From NCBI RefSeq assembly GCF_000018105.1, contig NC_009925.1:1710001-1742000 (forward strand): DNA of 32,000 nt, written 5' to 3'. This document shows, piece by piece, positions 26,410 to 32,000 of this stretch. The notes beneath the pieces were generated by a model. It searched no databases, had not been told where the DNA came from, and saw only the letters and a program-made list of their open reading frames with translations. Within the stretch, counting starts at the first letter, position 1. Each line of letters opens with the position of its first letter. The position numbers and the translations under genes were made by a program. Source of the stretch: Acaryochloris marina MBIC11017. Its GTDB lineage: Bacteria; Cyanobacteriota; Cyanobacteriia; Thermosynechococcales; Thermosynechococcaceae.

Positions 26410-27450
26410 ATGCGGGCGATTTTAAGTGGCTACTATGGTTTCGGCAATGGCGGCGATGAAGCCTTGCTTGCGACCCTACTGCAAATGTTGCCGGAAGAAG
26501 TGTCACCCCTAGTTTTGTCTTCGAATCCCAAGCAGACAGCGCGACAGTATCAGGTGGAGACTTGCGATCGCAACAATTCGATCCGCGTGTTTCAGGCCAT
26601 CCAACAGTCTCAAGCCTTTATTTGGGGCGGCGGTAGCCTAATCCAAGATGCTACCAGTGCCCTCAGCCCGGTCTATTATATTGGCCTAATGGGATTGGCC
26701 CAAGGACTAGGCTTAAAAACCATTGCTTGGGCTCAGGGGATTGGTCCTCTCAAACGCAAAAGTACTCAAATCTTGGCTCGACGGGCATTTCGCAACTGCT
26801 CTGCCGTCAGCGTGCGCGACCCAGCTTCAGCAAAATATATCGAGGACTGGGGGATTCCCTACCAAATTGCTCCTGATCCAGTCTGGAACTTGGCGGCAAA
26901 GCCCGTGGGGTGGGTGGATAAACTGCCATCGCCAAAGGTTGCATTGGTGTTAAGGTCACATCCTCAACTTACTCCCCCTCATTTGCAAAACCTGACCACA
27001 GCCCTGCTCAAGTTCCAGGCCCAAACCCAAGCCCATATCCTGATTGTCCCGTTTCAAGCCACCCAGGATTTGGAGATTGCCCAATCTATCCACGGCCAAA
27101 TCCCTGACCATAGTTCACTCATTCGTCTGACCAATCCTAGCGATCTGAAGGGGGTGTTCCAAACCGTCGAAATGACCATTGCTATGCGCTTGCATGGACT
27201 AATTATGGCTGCTGCCGAGGGTAGCCGCTGTTTTGCCCTCAGCTACGACCCCAAAGTGCGTCAATTTATGCAGGCTCAACAGTGTCCCGGCTGGGATTTA
27301 GATCAAATCCCTGATGACCCAGAGGTGATTTGCCAAAGCTGGCTGGAGCATTTTCAAAAAGGAACTGCCTTGTCGAGGAATGAGATTGCAAATCGCACCC
27401 AGCAAGCCCTGAGCCACCAACAGGTTTTGCATGAGACCCTACTCTCATGA
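26410..27450 (+). CDS. csaB: Polysaccharide pyruvyl transferase CsaB
   Basis: 346 aa. The N-terminus MRAILSGYYGFGNGGDEALL is CsaB-typical, followed by IWGGGSLIQD, RD, MRLH and YDPKV blocks. Confidence 0.8.
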   Translation: MRAILSGYYGFGNGGDEALLATLLQMLPEEVSPLVLSSNPKQTARQYQVETCDRNNSIRVFQAIQQSQAFIWGGGSLIQDATSALSPVYYIGLMGLAQGLGLKTIAWAQGIGPLKRKSTQILARRAFRNCSAVSVRDPASAKYIEDWGIPYQIAPDPVWNLAAKPVGWVDKLPSPKVALVLRSHPQLTPPHLQNLTTALLKFQAQTQAHILIVPFQATQDLEIAQSIHGQIPDHSSLIRLTNPSDLKGVFQTVEMTIAMRLHGLIMAAAEGSRCFALSYDPKVRQFMQAQQCPGWDLDQIPDDPEVICQSWLEHFQKGTALSRNEIANRTQQALSHQQVLHETLLS

Positions 27451-28706
27451 CAAAAATCACTATCTTGACGATCGGCTCCCGAGGAGATATTCAGCCTTTT
27501 TGTGCCTTAGCCCTAGGTCTGATGGCCAAAGGTTATTCGGTAACGTTAGCGGCCAGCATCAACTTTGCCGATTTTGTCCAAGAGCTGGGTATTGCCTTTG
27601 CGCCCATTGCAGGTGACTTTCAGCAAATTCTATCCTCACCTGCTGGGCTAGCCTTTCTCCAGGGCAATACCAATGTCTCGTTAATAGATGATGATTTGCG
27701 ATGGCAACAACGGTTGGATGCTTGGAAAGCTTGCCAGGGGAGTGACTTACTAATTTTTGCGCCCTTAGCTGCATGGGGATATCACCTAACTGAAGCGCTC
27801 AATATTCCAGCGATTCTGGTCACGCCTGTCCCCGTTACCGCCACTCGTTCTTATCCATTTCTCAAATTCGCTGATTCTGCCCAAGGGAAATTAGCCGGTT
27901 ACTTCAACGTCTTTACGTTTCGATTGGTAGAGTTTCTCTCTTGGCAAAAAAGCCAACCGTTAATGAATCGGTTTAGACAAGAGGTACTGCAGTTACCTCC
28001 TCTCTCACGAATGGGAGCACGTTATCGTCGCTCCCACCCACCCCACCTATCACCACTCCCTGTTCTCAACTGTTACAGCGAGGCAGTCTTACCACCGCCG
28101 CCGGATTGGCCATCTCATGTGCATCAGGGCAGTTATTTATTTCTCGATAATTCAACTCCCTACACGCCCTCTTCTAAGCTGAACGCATTTCTCCAAGCTG
28201 AGCCAAAACCCTTTTACATTGGCTTTGGCAGCATGATGGCCTGCAATCCTGAAATGATTGTTGACGCTATTGTTACTGCTCTTCGTGAAACTGGACAGCG
28301 TGCTATTTTCTGCACGGGATGGGGCGGATTTAAAACCACAGAAGTGCCTGATTTTCTCTATGTGACTCAGGAAGTACCTCATGATTGGCTTCTACCCCAG
28401 GTGACTGCCGCCATCCACCATGGTGGATCGGGTACCACTGCTGCCACACTGAGAGCTGGAACGCCTTCTATTGTTGTGCCGTTTTTTGCCGATCAGCCTG
28501 CTTGGGGTAAACGACTAGAACAGTTAGGGGTTGGAACTGCACCGCTTCCTTTTGCTGAGTTAACGGCTGAAACTTTAGCTACCAGGATTCAGGCTATTAT
28601 TAACACTCCATCAATGCAGCATAAAGCCCAAGACCTCAGTCAACAAATTCAGCAAGAAGATGGCCTAGCAATGGCAATTGAAGTGATTGAGCAATATTTT
28701 ATGTAA
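27447..28706 (+). CDS. GT1-family glycosyltransferase (MGT / sterol-glucosyltransferase-like, GT-B fold)
   Basis: 419 aa. It has ITILTIGSRGDIQPFCALALGL at the N-terminus, and the C-terminal donor-binding block HHGGSGTTAATLRAGTPSIVVPFFADQPAWG. Its ATG overlaps the csaB stop (ATGA at 27447-27450). Confidence 0.85.
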   Translation: MTKITILTIGSRGDIQPFCALALGLMAKGYSVTLAASINFADFVQELGIAFAPIAGDFQQILSSPAGLAFLQGNTNVSLIDDDLRWQQRLDAWKACQGSDLLIFAPLAAWGYHLTEALNIPAILVTPVPVTATRSYPFLKFADSAQGKLAGYFNVFTFRLVEFLSWQKSQPLMNRFRQEVLQLPPLSRMGARYRRSHPPHLSPLPVLNCYSEAVLPPPPDWPSHVHQGSYLFLDNSTPYTPSSKLNAFLQAEPKPFYIGFGSMMACNPEMIVDAIVTALRETGQRAIFCTGWGGFKTTEVPDFLYVTQEVPHDWLLPQVTAAIHHGGSGTTAATLRAGTPSIVVPFFADQPAWGKRLEQLGVGTAPLPFAELTAETLATRIQAIINTPSMQHKAQDLSQQIQQEDGLAMAIEVIEQYFM

Positions 28707-28730
28707 ATCACTCACTCAAACATTCAATTA

Positions 28731-29378
28731 TCACTCTGGAATACTCACCAATTGTCGAACCTCTATTGATATATCAGGAAAAGCAACAGGACAGACGATT
28801 CCGTCACTCGCTACATTTTGAGTCGAATAATCACCATCCCATAAGTCTCTAAACATTGTCATTTCCCTTCCAGTCACATCAATGACCCAATACTCCGCAA
28901 TACCTGCTTCCGCATAGAGCTTTCGTTTAGTGTTCAAATCGTAAGCCAGAGTAGAATCTGCAACCTCCACCAACCAATAAATATCTTCTGGATAGGGATG
29001 ATGCTGTAGATAAAGAGTATCGGGTAGACGAACAACTGCAATGTCTGGCTCTGGCTCAGACTCCGCTAGCGTGACGGGATGGGCCTCAAACACTTCTGCT
29101 TCTCCCTTCATCATCTCGCGTAAATAGTTGCCCCCACGATGATTAACAAATCGATGAAATTCACCTTCGGGAACCATATCCCAAATCTCTCCATTAATCA
29201 GCTCACAGCGCCGCTGATCGAGAATGCCTAGCTTGCGCATATGCTGATAGTCTGCAACTGACCATTTGGTTAGTGTCCGCACAACTGCACTCTCCCTTAC
29301 AGGCCGAAGGTGTATCCATATCCTAACTTCACCCGACAGCCGACTCTGAGATCTATCAACATACGAGATAGTGAACAA
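28731..29378 (-). CDS. Uma2 (DUF820) family PD-(D/E)xK-like putative endonuclease
   Basis: It has WSVADYQHMRKLGILDQRRCELINGEIWDMVPEG, PDIAVV, the catalytic-like WLVEVADS, and KRKLYAEAGIAEYWVIDV. The first ~32 aa are not family-like; GTG at 29282 (VRTLTKWSV...) is a more plausible start. Confidence 0.8.
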   Translation of the reverse strand: MFTISYVDRSQSRLSGEVRIWIHLRPVRESAVVRTLTKWSVADYQHMRKLGILDQRRCELINGEIWDMVPEGEFHRFVNHRGGNYLREMMKGEAEVFEAHPVTLAESEPEPDIAVVRLPDTLYLQHHPYPEDIYWLVEVADSTLAYDLNTKRKLYAEAGIAEYWVIDVTGREMTMFRDLWDGDYSTQNVASDGIVCPVAFPDISIEVRQLVSIPE

Positions 29379-29394
29379 CCCCAGCCATTTTTAT

Positions 29395-29967
29395 TCATTC
29401 TGCAAGATAATGATGCAGCAACTCATTACGATTTTTCTGTGGAGCAGGTTCTACACAGGGAACGATCTGCCATTGAGTATCCACACGTTCTAGCGATGCC
29501 ACCAGCAGCATCGTCACGCCCTGCCATTGAGCATTAGACAAAGAACACTGCAACAACACCTCTTGGTTGGCATCATTCAAAATTCGCCAAAACGCATTTT
29601 CAGTTTGACTAAAATCTTGCTTTTGGGTTTCCCCACAATCAATCGAAACCACAAACACCAGCTTGGCGATATCTGTCGGTAACATCAGCAGATAAACTAA
29701 CAGCTCCTCATCATCCCCTTCCCCCTCACCCGTCAAGTTATCAGCAAGCAACTTAATCGCGCCAGACGGATGGCGAGGACGCCCCGCATAAATCATGCCC
29801 CTTTTTCCGTCCACTAACGTCCCATCCGCCCCCAGAGCCAAAACCGTCAGATCTAAATCCAGTGCGGAGTCCAACTGGGCATCCCAGCCCAAACCACAGC
29901 GGAGTTGAGAAATATGGTGGGGTAAGGCTTGCGGGTCAGAATCTGGAGTCATACCGTAGAGTCGCAT
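29395..29967 (-). CDS. TerD-family stress-response protein
   Basis: 190 aa. It has GLGWD, DLDLTVLALGADG and the Ca-binding-type motif DNLTGEGEGDDEE, followed by VFVVSI. Confidence 0.85.
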   Translation of the reverse strand: MRLYGMTPDSDPQALPHHISQLRCGLGWDAQLDSALDLDLTVLALGADGTLVDGKRGMIYAGRPRHPSGAIKLLADNLTGEGEGDDEELLVYLLMLPTDIAKLVFVVSIDCGETQKQDFSQTENAFWRILNDANQEVLLQCSLSNAQWQGVTMLLVASLERVDTQWQIVPCVEPAPQKNRNELLHHYLAE

Positions 29968-30096
29968 TAACGTACCCTACACAATATCAAGATCAGGGTT
30001 CATCGCTGCTCAACCGTTAATAGACCGACATGCAGCACGAATAATCCTCTTAGCAAACCAGCGAACTCAATTCTTTCGGGTTGAATGCCCTTTTTA

Positions 30097-31032
30097 CTAA
30101 GACAACAATTGAATGCCACTACTACAAAATTTAGTTACCAGAATTTCTAAATCTGGATCTGGAAGAGCCGTTTGTAACTGGGTCGCCATTAACTCGGCCT
30201 TGGAACGCGAATCCGCTAACCCAAACACCGTTGGTCCTGACCCTGACATCATCGTTCCCAAGGCTCCAAAAGATTGGAATAAGTCACGAATTTCCTGCAC
30301 CTGAGGATGTTCAGGCAGAACCACTTTCTCCAAATCGTTATATAGATATTGAGGCACTTTTTGGGAATCGCGATGGGAAATCGCGGCCAACAGTTCCACC
30401 GAATGTCCTTCACGTCGCCGCTTTTCTAGCGCTTCTGGATCACGAGCATAGGACTCACTAAATTGTTGCCGATAGGTCTTATAGGCCCAAGGCGTGGCAA
30501 CGGACAAACTTCGATACTTGGCCAACACTGCATAGAGCTGATCCAAGTCAGGAAGTGGCGTCAGTTCTTCCCCTCGCCCTAAGGCCAAGGCCGTTCCCCC
30601 CGACACACAAAAGGGAATATCAGACCCCAACTTGGCCGCATAGGTATGGAGTTCAGCTTGGGTTAATCCCAACCCCCACATCAGATCCAACCCCACTAAC
30701 ACGGCTGCCGCATCTGCAGACCCTCCCGCCAGCCCCGCACCAATGGGAATTTTTTTATCAATCGTAATGGCGACACCGCCTTTGCCTGGGAACTGTTCCT
30801 GCATCAGCCTCGCGGCCCGATGGGCCAAGTTCGACTGGTCGCAAGGCACTTGAGGATGATTGCAAAACAGCTCAATCCGATCGCCACTCAGGGGCTGTAA
30901 CTCAACGATATCCGCCAAGTTAACGCTCTGCATCACCATCACCAATTCATGGAACCCATCCGGTCGATCACCAATAATTTCCAACAATAGATTGATCTTG
31001 GCGGGAGCCTTCAGGGTATAAGCGTGCATCAT
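30097..31032 (-). CDS. ispE: 4-diphosphocytidyl-2-C-methyl-D-erythritol kinase (MEP pathway)
   Basis: 311 aa. It has KAPAKINLLLEIIGDRPDGFHEL, the GHMP kinase motif PIGAGLAGGSADAAA, and MSGSGPTVFG. Confidence 0.95.
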   Translation of the reverse strand: MMHAYTLKAPAKINLLLEIIGDRPDGFHELVMVMQSVNLADIVELQPLSGDRIELFCNHPQVPCDQSNLAHRAARLMQEQFPGKGGVAITIDKKIPIGAGLAGGSADAAAVLVGLDLMWGLGLTQAELHTYAAKLGSDIPFCVSGGTALALGRGEELTPLPDLDQLYAVLAKYRSLSVATPWAYKTYRQQFSESYARDPEALEKRRREGHSVELLAAISHRDSQKVPQYLYNDLEKVVLPEHPQVQEIRDLFQSFGALGTMMSGSGPTVFGLADSRSKAELMATQLQTALPDPDLEILVTKFCSSGIQLLS

Positions 31033-31077
31033 AAGTTAGAGGCCGGATGAACCAGTGCAATCAACACTCTACCTCGT

Positions 31078-31887
31078 CTATACCTGGCTTGGATGCACAG
31101 AATCACTTAAGGCAATCCACTGGGTCACACTCAGGTCTTCTGCACGAGCCTGGAGACTGATATTGAGGGTATTCAAGCACTCTGATAACTGGTCCCGATC
31201 CACTAGTGATTTCAGATTATTGCGCAGCATCTTGCGACGACTGCTAAATCCTACCTTTAGTAAGGTTGAAAGCCATTGCGGATTTTGCACAGGTTGGGGA
31301 TAGGGGCGAGGGGTTAGTCGCACTACAGCCGACTCCACTTTAGGGGCAGGCTTAAAGGCAGAGGCGGGGACTGGACATATTAATTCGCAGTCCGCTAGAT
31401 ATTGCGATCGCACCGACAATCCATTAAATATCTTTGAACCCGGTTCGGCCACCAACCGATCCGCCACCTCTTTTTGGATCAGCAATACCACCGTTTCATA
31501 AACGGGCTGCGCTGGTGCATCAATACGGCCCAGCAGCTTACTTAGAATCGGACTCGTAATGTTGTAGGGAATATTGGCAACGACTTTATTCGGGAGCGGC
31601 TCTGTGAGTTCTGCCGCCACATCCAGATTCAGAAAGTCCAATTCCAGTAATGTGAAATTTTCCTGGTCATTAAAGGTGTGACGCAGGGATTTGCATAGGT
31701 CTCGATCTAGCTCAACGGAAACCACGGACTGAGCTTGGGCCAGCAGTTCGCGGGTTAAGACCCCTCTGCCCGGACCGATTTCAAGGATGCGATCGCATCC
31801 TTGTATCTTGGCTGCAGCAATAATCTGCCGAAGCACAGCCTGACTTTTGAGCCAATGCTGAGCAAAACGTTTACGGGGCCTGGGCAT
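31078..31887 (-). CDS. rsmA: 16S rRNA (adenine1518/1519-N6)-dimethyltransferase
   Basis: 269 aa. It has PRKRFAQHWL, the SAM motif ILEIGPGRGVLT, VELD and ANIPYNITSPIL. The ksgA-ispE adjacency is a widely conserved arrangement. Confidence 0.95.
   Translation of the reverse strand: MPRPRKRFAQHWLKSQAVLRQIIAAAKIQGCDRILEIGPGRGVLTRELLAQAQSVVSVELDRDLCKSLRHTFNDQENFTLLELDFLNLDVAAELTEPLPNKVVANIPYNITSPILSKLLGRIDAPAQPVYETVVLLIQKEVADRLVAEPGSKIFNGLSVRSQYLADCELICPVPASAFKPAPKVESAVVRLTPRPYPQPVQNPQWLSTLLKVGFSSRRKMLRNNLKSLVDRDQLSECLNTLNISLQARAEDLSVTQWIALSDSVHPSQV
31784..31799. repeat. HIP1 embedded in a 16-bp perfect palindrome GGATGCGATCGCATCC
   Basis: Read directly, inside rsmA. Confidence 0.9.
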
Positions 31888-32000
31888 TGTAGATTTACCG
31901 AAATACCATCAATATTAGCCTGAGATCCAGGCTTTCGCTCCGCACATTCTTAAGCTTTTCATTATAATTGTCCCAAACCACCAAGGCATCCACTAACAAA

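Noticed and set aside
29283-29378. The Uma2 ORF has an N-terminal extension (MFTISYVDRSQSRLSGEVRIWIHLRPVRESAV).
   Set aside because: Uma2 proteins normally begin just before the W..(E/D)Y motif. GTG at 29282 fits that, and the extension may be spurious. I kept the full ORF coordinates only because I cannot verify the start.
28731-29967. I considered calling the TerD and Uma2 pair a defence island.
   Set aside because: Nothing else nearby supports it: no methylase, helicase, ATPase, toxin-antitoxin or integrase. Uma2 paralogues are very abundant in cyanobacterial genomes, so I report it only as a moderate-interest adjacency.

Overview
The window looks like cyanobacterial chromosome. I located at least 18 exact copies by eye of the HIP1 octamer GCGATCGC, against about 0.5 expected by chance in 32 kb. 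Gene content also fits: ycf35, ycf49-like genes, csaB, a PEP-CTERM protein and Uma2/DUF820. All calls rest on motif recognition in the supplied translations and on my own reading of the DNA; no database search was run. I support about 30 protein genes, tightly packed, with several 1-4 nt start/stop overlaps and two convergent gene pairs whose 3' ends overlap. Housekeeping genes are mnmE, bioB, trpS, folC, ispE and rsmA/ksgA. Signalling genes are a translationally coupled operon of histidine kinase, Rcp1-like response regulator and receiver-PAS-GGDEF-EAL protein, plus a GAF histidine kinase. Envelope genes are an FHA-fused class A PBP, csaB plus a GT1 glycosyltransferase, an outer-membrane barrel, an MsbA-like ABC exporter, a PEP-CTERM protein and an orphan sugar-type solute-binding protein. 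I found no rRNA, tRNA, CRISPR array, transposase or integrase. The best candidates for an uncharacterised system are: (1) a four-gene membrane operon at 5564-9048, made of a novel two-domain membrane protein, an Arg/Gly-tailed micro-protein, a polytopic SpeE-like aminopropyltransferase and a DUF4178 protein; (2) the DUF2997-Ycf35(DUF1257)-ferredoxin operon at 17909-19074; (3) an ORF-free, AT-rich, palindrome- and hairpin-dense gap of about 950 bp at 11003-11953 that may encode a structured ncRNA; (4) the FHA-PBP1 fusion. None of these can be proven novel from the sequence alone.
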